Source of the DNA: an uncultured Elusimicrobia bacterium
GTDB taxonomy: Bacteria; Elusimicrobiota; Elusimicrobia; UBA1565
Direction: 5' to 3'
DNA length: 17,468 nucleotides
Assembly: GCA_964359165.1 (NCBI GenBank)
Contig: CAYHRV010000042.1
Span: forward strand, 1 to 17,468
Part shown: positions 7,435 to 14,964 of the stretch, one piece after another
Layout of the letters: each line of letters begins with the position of its first letter
How positions within the stretch are numbered: position 1 is the first letter of the stretch
Position numbers and translations under genes: made by a program
Notes under the pieces: model-generated
Told to the model about the DNA's origin: nothing
What the model saw: the letters and a program-made list of their open reading frames with translations, nothing else
Database searches by the model: none

Positions 7435-7592
7435 CCGCGTCAGTATAGGAATTCTCCCGGCCCCGGCGCGAGGAGGATGGGGGACGCCCGTCCCGGTCCG
7501 GACTGGGCCATAATACAGCCCCTCCGTGGGACCTTGGGCCCCGGTCACCCGGGCGGCCCCGGGCGTATACTTTTTTCATAAGGAGTGTCATC

Positions 7593-9965
7593 ATGATAAA
7601 TTACCGTTCCTGCCTTGCCGCCCTGCTGTCCTCTTCCCTCGCCCTGCTCTCACCGGGCATAGGGGTCCATGCCGTCCTGGCCCAGTCCATGGCGGCCGGG
7701 GTGCAGATCCCCGGCGCGACGAACGGCGCTCTCGGGGTCGCGGGCGCCTCCGGCTTCTCCATCCAAGGGCGGATGCAAAGTCCTTCCTCGCAGGTGTCGC
7801 TCGGCCTCGGCTCTCTCGCCGTTCCCTCCGCTCTCTCGGCCCCCCGGATGCAGGCGGTCCCGGGCTCCGCGGCTTCAGCGGCCGCGGCGCTGGGCCCGGC
7901 GCGCATGGGCGCGCCGTCCTTGGAGCGCGGTCTTGCTCCTCTCGCGCAGAGGGCGGCGCGCATGGGCGCGTCGGTGTTCCTGCCGTCTTCCGTCGGGGCC
8001 TCGCTCCAGGTTTCACCCTCGGGCGCCGTGACCGCAAAACATCTCCTGATGGGAATAGACACGGACCCCTCCGGGGCCGGTTCGGCCGAGCGGCAGGGCG
8101 TCCTGAAGACCCTGGGCCGGGAAATGCCCGATTTCGGCAAGATGGGGACCGCGGGCGCCAAGAACGGCGCGGAGAGCGATTTCATCGCCCGTATCGGGGG
8201 CCGTTCGGAAAGCGGCCTCGTCCTCTCCCGCGCCAAGGACATGCCGGAAGACCCGCCCTCGCGGCGGACCGGTCCCGATGACACCGACGACCTCGATGAG
8301 ATCGGCAATCCCAGGCGCAGGCAGGACGACGGCCCCGACAGCGTCTCGGACGGGTCCGAGGGCCGCGGGGGAGACGACAACGGGGTTCTTTTCGGGGCGG
8401 CGCGCAAAGGGCACTCGGGGCTCGCTCCCGCGGACAGCCTGGCCGCCCGGCGCTTGAGCGAGGAGGATGGAGAGGAGGGGCTGGCCGCGCCATCGCAGGC
8501 CGACCTCCCCGCCTCCGTGGACCTCATCGTCATACTCCAGGGAGCCGCCCGTCCCCTATCCACCGACATCCACCTGAGCCTGGTGGGGCGGGGAAGTTCG
8601 TCCAAGCGGCTGCTCAAGGCCTATGAGGCCGCTCAGCAGGGCATGCTGGCCGAACTCGCGGCCTCGGGCCTAGGGCAGGACGTGCTCGACGCTTTCGGAG
8701 CCAGCCCGGTGGCGACCTATCGCCGCATCAACGCGGCCACCCTGCGGGTGGCGGCTTCGCGGGCCGCGGACTTCAGGGCGGCGCTCGAGGCCAAGGGCTA
8801 TCAGGTCTACGACAACGCGAAGCGGGAGATCGTCGCGCCCATCCGGCCCGATGAGAACCGCCCCGACGCGCCGAGGCCCTCGGCCCGCGGCGCGCTCACC
8901 TTGCCGGAGACGCTCAAGATATCGACCGCGGACAAGGTCCATGACATCGCGCGGGCCAGATGGGGAGCCCCCGGCGCGGACCTGGGCTTCATCGCCCGTC
9001 TGACGCTCGGGATACTCCGGCATCTCGGGTTGTTGAACATCCCCCAGCCCGCCGTGGGCGTCATCGACACCGGAGCCGACACCACCCATAAGCTCCTGCG
9101 CGGGGTCAAAGAAGTCAAGAACGTGACGCGCGGGGAGAACGTCGACGACAACGGACATGGGACCTGGGTCACCTCTTTGGTGCTGTATTTCGCCCCCTGG
9201 CTGAAGAACGTAACTCATTATAAGACCTTCGAGGGGGGCGGGGCGACGCTCGACGACATCCTCAAGGCCCTCACTCTCTCGGGCAATGACGGGAACATCA
9301 TCATCTCCAATTCCTGGGGCTCGGATGAGGGGGATCCGGACGGGCCGGATTCCCAACTGGTCAAGAAGCTGGCCGAGGAAGGGCGCATCATGGTCTTCGC
9401 CGCCGGCAACGCGGGAAGCCGCAAGAACACCGTCGGCTCCCCGGCGATCGTGGTGCACCGCGACCCGGCCACGGGCGCGCCGCGGGTGCTGGCCGTGGCC
9501 GCGACGGACCGGGAAGGGCGGGTCGCCTATTTCTCCTCCCGGGGCAAAGGCAGCAAGATGACCTCGCGCGACCCCAAATACAAGGACTGGCCCCAGCGGC
9601 CGGACCTCGCCGAGCAGGGCTACAACACCGAGGGCGCCTGGCCCGCCAACCTGGGGCCGGGCCGGGTGGACCCGGAACTGGGCCCTCTCAACGCCATCTC
9701 GGGGACCTCGATGTCCACCCCGAAAGTGGCCGGGACCCTGGCCCTGCTGGCCCAGCTCTTCGGGGTGACGACGGTGGGGGAGAAGCTCGACGCCATCGTC
9801 AACGCGGTGATGAAGACCCTGGTCAATCCCCTTAACCAGGGGAAGGATGATGTCGGGGAGGGCTTCAGCGCGGCCTACGCCGCCTATGAGGAACTGGCCA
9901 AGACCATGAGTCCCGTGGCGCCGCCCTTCCTCGCCAAGTGGGTGCTCCGGCTTCTGGTCAGATAG
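7593..9965 (+). CDS. Secreted subtilisin-like serine protease (peptidase S8) with a long low-complexity N-terminal region and an I9-like propeptide
   Basis: AAGGAG lies 7 nt upstream of ATG 7593. Signal peptide MINYRSCLAALLSSSLALLSPGIGVHAVLAQS. Catalytic triad in canonical S8 context: VGVIDTGAD (Asp codon 9066-9068), DDNGHGTWV (His 9156-9158), ISGTSMSTPKVAG (Ser 9708-9710), with oxyanion Asn in ISNSWGS. An I9-like segment (VDLIVILQG...YRRINAATLRVAA...LEAKGYQVYDN) precedes the catalytic domain. Confidence 0.9.
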   Translation: MINYRSCLAALLSSSLALLSPGIGVHAVLAQSMAAGVQIPGATNGALGVAGASGFSIQGRMQSPSSQVSLGLGSLAVPSALSAPRMQAVPGSAASAAAALGPARMGAPSLERGLAPLAQRAARMGASVFLPSSVGASLQVSPSGAVTAKHLLMGIDTDPSGAGSAERQGVLKTLGREMPDFGKMGTAGAKNGAESDFIARIGGRSESGLVLSRAKDMPEDPPSRRTGPDDTDDLDEIGNPRRRQDDGPDSVSDGSEGRGGDDNGVLFGAARKGHSGLAPADSLAARRLSEEDGEEGLAAPSQADLPASVDLIVILQGAARPLSTDIHLSLVGRGSSSKRLLKAYEAAQQGMLAELAASGLGQDVLDAFGASPVATYRRINAATLRVAASRAADFRAALEAKGYQVYDNAKREIVAPIRPDENRPDAPRPSARGALTLPETLKISTADKVHDIARARWGAPGADLGFIARLTLGILRHLGLLNIPQPAVGVIDTGADTTHKLLRGVKEVKNVTRGENVDDNGHGTWVTSLVLYFAPWLKNVTHYKTFEGGGATLDDILKALTLSGNDGNIIISNSWGSDEGDPDGPDSQLVKKLAEEGRIMVFAAGNAGSRKNTVGSPAIVVHRDPATGAPRVLAVAATDREGRVAYFSSRGKGSKMTSRDPKYKDWPQRPDLAEQGYNTEGAWPANLGPGRVDPELGPLNAISGTSMSTPKVAGTLALLAQLFGVTTVGEKLDAIVNAVMKTLVNPLNQGKDDVGEGFSAAYAAYEELAKTMSPVAPPFLAKWVLRLLVR

Positions 9966-10722
9966 AGGCGGGTGCGGGCTGAGAGATGCCCAGGGCCCTT
10001 TGCACGGCTAGGACCAGGGACTGAGCCGGGACGGGTTTCGAGAGGAATTCCGCGGTGTTGGGTTCGCAGCGAAGGATGTTCACGGTGCCTGAGTCCATGA
10101 AGCGCCCCGTGATGATGAGGACTTTCAATCTCGGCGCCTCGGCTTGAAGGTCTCGAAGGATCTCGAAGCCGGAACGGCCCGGGAGCATGAGGTCTAGGAT
10201 GAGCAGGTCCGGAGCCCATTCCTCTCCCCGGCTGCGGAGTTCGCGCAGGAACTCGTCCCCGTCTGGAAAGATGTCCGTACGGAACCCGGTCTTGCGCAGG
10301 ATGAAGTCGTACATGCCGCGGATGGACTCGTCGTCCTCCACGATGTGGACGAGCTTGTCCTGGGGCCGTGGCCCGGCCAACCCCGCCTCCTCGCGCACCA
10401 CGTCCAGCAGCTCGCGAAGGCTCTTACCCGAGCGTTGGCGGCCCTTGCCCTCGGCCAGGAACAGGACGCCTTGGACCCCGAACCCCTCCAGCCAGGAGGA
10501 GGGCAGTCCCAGCGATTCGATGCGCCGGGGGGCGTCGGCGGAGGCGACCGCTTCCAGTATCTCCCTGAGCTGCTGGGCGCTCAGCGGATTGGTCTTCCCG
10601 GTGCCCGGGTGGACGGCCGTCACTTTCACGGTTTTCGGGCCTTCTTCGAGCAGGCGGGCCAAGTCTTGGGGGCTCATCGGCGTGAACACCCGGATTATGG
10701 CAGGAAAACCCATTTCCGTCAA
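9958..10722 (-). CDS. Atypical response regulator: unknown N-terminal domain (about 120 aa) followed by a C-terminal receiver (REC) domain
   Basis: The C-terminal half is a complete REC: HIVEDDES, APDLLILDLMLPGRSG (phospho-acceptor Asp), KVLIITGR (Thr), FLSKP (Lys). I do not recognise the N-terminal half (MGFPAIIRVFTPMSPQDLARLLEEGPKTVKV...GKSLRELLDVVREEAG). Start is TTG 10722 or ATG 10713. The stop overlaps the convergent protease gene by 8 nt. Confidence 0.75.
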   Translation of the reverse strand: MTEMGFPAIIRVFTPMSPQDLARLLEEGPKTVKVTAVHPGTGKTNPLSAQQLREILEAVASADAPRRIESLGLPSSWLEGFGVQGVLFLAEGKGRQRSGKSLRELLDVVREEAGLAGPRPQDKLVHIVEDDESIRGMYDFILRKTGFRTDIFPDGDEFLRELRSRGEEWAPDLLILDLMLPGRSGFEILRDLQAEAPRLKVLIITGRFMDSGTVNILRCEPNTAEFLSKPVPAQSLVLAVQRALGISQPAPASI

Positions 10723-10802
10723 GGAGGTCGGCGCAAAGAGGGTCCTAAGGCCCTGGACAGGAAGGCGCCTTTCCTTTACACTTTATGTTACCCCATGTGT
10801 GA

Positions 10803-10844
10803 GCTGTTCTAAATAAAATGCCGCGGCATTTTCTTTAGAACAGC
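10803..10844. promoter_or_regulatory. 42-nt near-perfect palindrome (20 of 21 positions pair) in the divergent receiver-gene intergenic region; candidate operator or 5'-UTR hairpin
   Basis: gctgttctaaataaaatgccg|cggcattttctttagaacagc has a single mismatch. It ends 6 nt before ATG 10851 of the CheY-like gene, which has no Shine-Dalgarno sequence. A possible extended -10 (TGtTCTAAA, 10805-10813) lies in the left arm. The sequence structure is certain; the function is inferred. Confidence 0.4.
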
Positions 10845-10850
10845 GAAAAT

Positions 10851-11240
10851 ATGAGCATTGCCACACAGACCACGATACTCCTCGTCGACGACGACCACCA
10901 GTTCCGTGAGACCCTCATGGACGCGATGTCGCTCAAGGGCGCGCGGGTGGAGGGGGCCGCCAACGGCAAGGACGCCCTGGCGGCGTTGGAGGGACCTCTT
11001 CCTTCCCTCATCATCCTGGACGTCCAGCTTCCGGATACCCACGGCTTCGAGCTCTGTCGCGCGATCCGGCATTCTCCTCGGACCCGGGACATCCCGGTGG
11101 TCCTGCTCTCGGGCCGGTATACGGAAGCCGCGGACCGGGCCGAGGGCCTCCTGACCGGGGCCGCCGCCTACCTCTCCAAGCCCGTCAGCCCGGAGACGCT
11201 TTGGGAAGAAGTGAGCTATCTTCTTGACAGGAGAGGTTGA
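10851..11240 (+). CDS. Single-domain CheY-like response regulator
   Basis: 129 aa, REC only: ILLVDDDHQF, PSLIILDVQLPDTHG (acceptor Asp), PVVLLSGR, AYLSKP. There is no output domain. Confidence 0.85.
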   Translation: MSIATQTTILLVDDDHQFRETLMDAMSLKGARVEGAANGKDALAALEGPLPSLIILDVQLPDTHGFELCRAIRHSPRTRDIPVVLLSGRYTEAADRAEGLLTGAAAYLSKPVSPETLWEEVSYLLDRRG

Positions 11241-11253
11241 GCCCTGCTATCAT
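11224..11253 (+). promoter_or_regulatory. Sigma70-like promoter candidate for trxA (TTGACA-N18-TATCAT)
   Basis: A perfect -35 TTGACA at 11224-11229 and a 5/6 -10 TATCAT at 11248-11253, with an 18-nt spacer. It straddles the stop codon of the upstream regulator gene, about 85 nt upstream of the trxA ATG. Pattern match only. Confidence 0.4.
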
Positions 11254-11337
11254 AGGCGTGTCGCAGCCCCGTGACGGTCCGACGAGAGTCCCGCAGACGA
11301 TCCTTCAAAAATCACCCATCTCTTCCCGGAGGAACCC

Positions 11338-11670
11338 ATGTCAGAAATCCAGTTGACCGACGAGAGCTTCGATAAAGAGGTCCTGCAGAGCCCAGACCCG
11401 GTCCTGGTGGATTTCTGGGCCACCTGGTGCGGCCCCTGCCGCATGCTGACGCCCCTCATCGAGGAGTTGGCCAAGGAGTACGCGGGCAAGGTCCGCGTGG
11501 GCAAGATCAACACCGACGAGCAGCCCAATTCAGCGACCCGATTCAACATCTCAGCCATCCCGACGCTCCTGTTCTTCAAGGGAGGAAAGGTCGAGCAGCA
11601 GATGGTCGGCGTGCATTCGAAGGCCGACATCAAGAAGACGCTGGACCAGCTTGTCGGCGCCAAGGCCTAG
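11338..11670 (+). CDS. trxA: Thioredoxin
   Basis: 110 aa. VLVDFWATWCGPCRMLTPLIEELA with WCGPC at nt 11425-11439, and ISAIPTLLFFKGGK (cis-Pro loop). GGAGG lies 6 nt upstream of the ATG. Confidence 0.9.
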   Translation: MSEIQLTDESFDKEVLQSPDPVLVDFWATWCGPCRMLTPLIEELAKEYAGKVRVGKINTDEQPNSATRFNISAIPTLLFFKGGKVEQQMVGVHSKADIKKTLDQLVGAKA

Positions 11671-12205
11671 GCTGGCCCTGGCGCTGCTCGCCGCGGCTCT
11701 GGCGGCGGGCTGCTCCCGGGACTCCGGGCCCCCGGCCCCCCCCGGCGGCTCGGCGCAAGCGGGCGGGTCCAACGCCGCGGCGAAGGCTCCGAGCCTGGAA
11801 CTCAAGGATCTTTCGGGCCGCTCGGTCCGCTTGAGCGATTTTCAAGGGAAGGTCGTGCTGGTGGATTTTTGGGCCACCTATTGCGGTCCTTGTCATGAAT
11901 CCATCCCGGAGTTCGAGGCCCTCTATCGGCGCCATCGGGCGCAGGGCCTGGAAGTGGTCGGGGTCAGCATGGACGCTTTTACGGAACACATCAAGGCCTT
12001 CATCGACGAGAAAGGGATGACCTATACGGTGCTCATGGACCCGGAACAGACCACGCAAGGCCCCTGGGGGGTGCGCGGCTTGCCGACCACCGTGCTCCTG
12101 GACCGCTCCGGCCGGGTCCGCAACCGCTGGACGGGCTACGATTCGGAGCTCAAAGGCGAGATCGAGAGAGAGATCTCGGCCCTGCTCCGAGAGGGACGCA
12201 GTTGA
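11651..12205 (+). CDS. TlpA/ResA-like thiol:disulfide oxidoreductase lipoprotein (redoxin / AhpC-TSA fold)
   Basis: Lipoprotein signal MSAPRPRLALALLAAALAAGC (lipobox LAAG|C). GKVVLVDFWATYCGPCHESIPEF with CGPC at 11882-11893. GLEVVGVSMD and RGLPTTVLLDRSGRV are typical of periplasmic TlpA-type reductases. The TTG start overlaps the trxA end by 20 nt. Confidence 0.8.
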   Translation: MSAPRPRLALALLAAALAAGCSRDSGPPAPPGGSAQAGGSNAAAKAPSLELKDLSGRSVRLSDFQGKVVLVDFWATYCGPCHESIPEFEALYRRHRAQGLEVVGVSMDAFTEHIKAFIDEKGMTYTVLMDPEQTTQGPWGVRGLPTTVLLDRSGRVRNRWTGYDSELKGEIEREISALLREGRS

Positions 12206-14913
12206 TCTCCCCCCTCATGGAGAAGAATCCCTCCGCCAAGACGTGCGAGCGGCTGTTCCTGGTGGACGCCCACGCCTATCTCCACCGGGCCTATCACGCC
12301 CTGCCGCCGCTGACCTCCCCCGCGGGCAAGCCGGTGGGGGCGCTCTACGGCTTCGCGAGGATGCTGCTCTCCCTGACGCGCCGGGAGAAGCCGGAACTGC
12401 TCGTCGTTTGCTTCGACGCGCCCGGCCCCACTTTCCGCCATAAGCTCTTTGAGCGCTATAAGGCCACCCGCAAGCCCATCGACGAGGACCTGAAGTCCCA
12501 ACTCGCGCTTTCCTGCGAGATGGCCTCGGCCATGGGGTTCTCGTGCGCCCAACTCCCGGGCTGGGAGGCCGACGACCTCATCGCCACGCTCGCCCGCCGG
12601 GGGAGGGAGCGAGGAGCCGACGTCGTGATCGTCAGCGGGGACAAGGACGCCCTGCAGCTCATCGACGACCATGTGCGCGTGCTCAACGAGGCGAAGGGGA
12701 CGATGCTCGATGACGCGGCCGTGGTCGCGAAGTTCGGCGTCCACCCGGCTCAAGTGGGGGATTATCTCGCTTTGACCGGGGACAGCTCCGACAACGTCCC
12801 GGGAGTGCCGGGCATCGGACCCGTGGGCGCGGTGAAACTCCTTTCCCGCTTCGGGTCCCTGGAGGCCCTGCTGACCGCCGCCCGGGAGGGCCACGGCGAC
12901 ATCCCCGCCAAGACCGCCGAGTCCCTGCGCCGCGGCACGGAGCAGGTCCGCTTCGGGCGCGAACTGGTGACCTTGGATTCCAACTCCCCGGTCGACCTCG
13001 ACCTCGACGGCTGCGCCCCGGCGGTCCTCTCCGAGGCCGCCCCTTCCACGGCGGCGACGGAGCGCCTTGTGCGCCTATTCACGGAAATGGGATTTAATAG
13101 TCTTCTGCCGGCCGCCGACGCAGGCGTTCGAGCAGGCGCCCAGGCAGGCGCCTCGCAGGCGCCCGTTGTTTCAGCTTCTTCTTCTTCATTTCCTATTGTC
13201 CGTTTCGTTTCCGAGAAAGAATTCCTTTCTTCCGCCAAAACGGCGCCGGCCGCGGCGCTGTCGGTCCGTAGCGAAGGTGAGGACTTATTGAAAGCAGCCG
13301 GTCCGGTGGCCACCTTGGCCCTCGCCGGCGGGGAAGTCTGCGTCTTCAACGACGACGCCCTGCGCAAGCACCGCAAAGCCCTCTCCGAGATGTTCCTTTC
13401 CTCGAAGACCCTGAAGATCGGACATGACTTGAAGACCGCCATCGGCCTGCTGCGCTCGGCCGGCCTGGAGCTCGCGGGCCCGCGCTTCGACACGGCGCTG
13501 GCCGCCTGGTGCCTCGACCCGTCCCTTTCCAAACCCTCTCTCGCCGCGGCGGCGCGGACTTACTTGGGCCTGGAGTTCCCCCCAGGGGCGGCGCCCGATT
13601 CCCCGCCCTCTCCCGCGGCCGAGGCTGAAAGGACTCTCCGCCTGCACCCCTTGGCCAAAGTCCTGGAGGAGAAGCTGGCCTCCGAGGGGCTCGCGCGGGT
13701 CTATTCGGAGCTGGAACTGCCGCTCCTGGACATCCTGGCCTCCATGGAGGCCCAGGGCGTGGCTGTGGACTCCGGGTATCTGCAAGCCCTGCGCGGGGAA
13801 TTCGCCGAGAAGATCGCCCAGCTCCGCACGGAGATCGACGAGCTCGCGGGCATGGAGGTCAACCCCAACTCCCCCAAACAGCTCGGCGTGCTGTTCTTCG
13901 AGAAGCTCGGCCTGCCGGTCGTTCATAAGACGGAAAAAGGCGGGGCCTCCACCGATGAGGAGACCCTGCGGGTGCTCTCCCTGCGCCATCCCTTGCCCGC
14001 CAAGATCATGGATTTTCGGGAACTCAGCAAGCTGCAGTCGACTTATGTGGAAGGGCTCCTGGCCCGGATCGATCCCCTCACCCGCCGCGTGCATACTCAT
14101 TTCAACCAGATGGGCACGGAGACGGGGAGGCTCTCTAGCCTCGACCCCAATCTGCAGAACATCCCCGTGCGCACTCCCCTGGGCCGGAAGATACGCCGGG
14201 CTTTCACCGCGGCCGAGGGCCGCGTCCTGCTCTCGGCCGACTACTCCCAGATCGAGCTCCGCGTCCTGGCCCACATCTCCGGCGACCCGGAACTGAGGCG
14301 CGCTTTCGAGAGCGGGGAGGACGTGCACCTGAGGACGGCCTCCGAGGTGTTCGGCGTCCCGGCCTCGGCCGTCGATAAAGAGATGCGCCGCCGGGCCAAG
14401 GCCGTCAATTTCGGCATCGTCTACGGCCAGACCGCCCATGGGCTCGGCCTCCAGTTGGGCATCCCCTTCGCCGAGGCACGCGACATCATCGCCCGCTATT
14501 TCGCCCGCTATCGCGGGGTGGAGTCCTGGATCAAGGGGAACCTGGAATCCGCCCGCAGGGAAGGGGTCGTGCGCACGCTCTACGGGAGGATGCGGCGCCT
14601 GCCCGACCTGGCCGCGAAGAGCAGGAAGCTCTCCGGCTTGGCCGAGCGCGCGGCGGGGAATACCCCCATCCAGGGCTCGGCGGCCGACCTCATCAAGGCC
14701 GCCATGGTCCGCGTCTTTGGCGGCATGAAGGGGCCCGCCCGCTTGGTCCTTCAGGTGCATGATGAGCTCCTCTTCGAGCTCCCCGAGAGCGAGGTGGGGG
14801 CTTTCGCGCCCTGGGTGAGGACCCAGATGGAGGAGGCGGTCCGGCTCGACGTGCCCATCGTCGTGGACCTCAAGGTCGGCAAGAACTGGCAGGATATGGA
14901 GCCGCTCCCATGA
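12202..14913 (+). CDS. polA: DNA polymerase I
   Basis: 5' nuclease: LFLVDAHAYLHRAYHALPPL, VIVSGDKDALQL, GDSSDNVPGVPGIGPVGAVKLL. Polymerase: TGRLSSLDPNLQNIP, LSADYSQIELRVLAH (Asp 14239-14241), RRRAKAVNFGIVYG, QVHDELLFE (14758-14766). Start is TTG 12202 (GAGGGA 5 nt upstream, TTGA overlap with the previous stop) or ATG 12217. Confidence 0.95.
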   Translation: MISPLMEKNPSAKTCERLFLVDAHAYLHRAYHALPPLTSPAGKPVGALYGFARMLLSLTRREKPELLVVCFDAPGPTFRHKLFERYKATRKPIDEDLKSQLALSCEMASAMGFSCAQLPGWEADDLIATLARRGRERGADVVIVSGDKDALQLIDDHVRVLNEAKGTMLDDAAVVAKFGVHPAQVGDYLALTGDSSDNVPGVPGIGPVGAVKLLSRFGSLEALLTAAREGHGDIPAKTAESLRRGTEQVRFGRELVTLDSNSPVDLDLDGCAPAVLSEAAPSTAATERLVRLFTEMGFNSLLPAADAGVRAGAQAGASQAPVVSASSSSFPIVRFVSEKEFLSSAKTAPAAALSVRSEGEDLLKAAGPVATLALAGGEVCVFNDDALRKHRKALSEMFLSSKTLKIGHDLKTAIGLLRSAGLELAGPRFDTALAAWCLDPSLSKPSLAAAARTYLGLEFPPGAAPDSPPSPAAEAERTLRLHPLAKVLEEKLASEGLARVYSELELPLLDILASMEAQGVAVDSGYLQALRGEFAEKIAQLRTEIDELAGMEVNPNSPKQLGVLFFEKLGLPVVHKTEKGGASTDEETLRVLSLRHPLPAKIMDFRELSKLQSTYVEGLLARIDPLTRRVHTHFNQMGTETGRLSSLDPNLQNIPVRTPLGRKIRRAFTAAEGRVLLSADYSQIELRVLAHISGDPELRRAFESGEDVHLRTASEVFGVPASAVDKEMRRRAKAVNFGIVYGQTAHGLGLQLGIPFAEARDIIARYFARYRGVESWIKGNLESARREGVVRTLYGRMRRLPDLAAKSRKLSGLAERAAGNTPIQGSAADLIKAAMVRVFGGMKGPARLVLQVHDELLFELPESEVGAFAPWVRTQMEEAVRLDVPIVVDLKVGKNWQDMEPLP

Positions 14914-14940
14914 AACGGCGGTTGGCCCCGACAACGAGCA

Positions 14941-14957
14941 TCCTCCCGCGGGGAGGA
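14941..14957 (+). promoter_or_regulatory. Hairpin pairing the rhomboid Shine-Dalgarno sequence with an upstream anti-SD
   Basis: tcctccc-gcg-gggagga forms a 7-bp GC-rich stem with a 3-nt loop. The 3' arm contains the only SD (GGAGG, 14952-14956), 8 nt upstream of ATG 14965. Confidence 0.35.
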
Positions 14958-14964
14958 CGCTGAC

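Noticed and set aside
7435-7592. Possible riboswitch (for example THF) or structured leader upstream of folB on the minus strand
   Set aside because: I found only short GC hairpins, such as gggacg/cgtccc at 7481-7494, and nothing I can match to a known riboswitch consensus by eye. This would need a covariance-model scan (Rfam/Infernal) to exclude properly.
7601-8617. 338-aa minus-strand ORF opposite the protease N-terminal region, together with plus-strand alternate frames 7526-8281 and 7669-8031
   Set aside because: These are composition-driven shadows of the Ala/Ser/Gly-rich protease N-terminus. The protease frame has an SD, an ATG and a signal peptide, and it continues uninterrupted into the S8 domain.
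12136-13532. Minus-strand ORFs (252 aa and 256 aa) opposite the polA 5' nuclease region
   Set aside because: The polA frame shows canonical 5'-nuclease motifs. The antisense frames have none.
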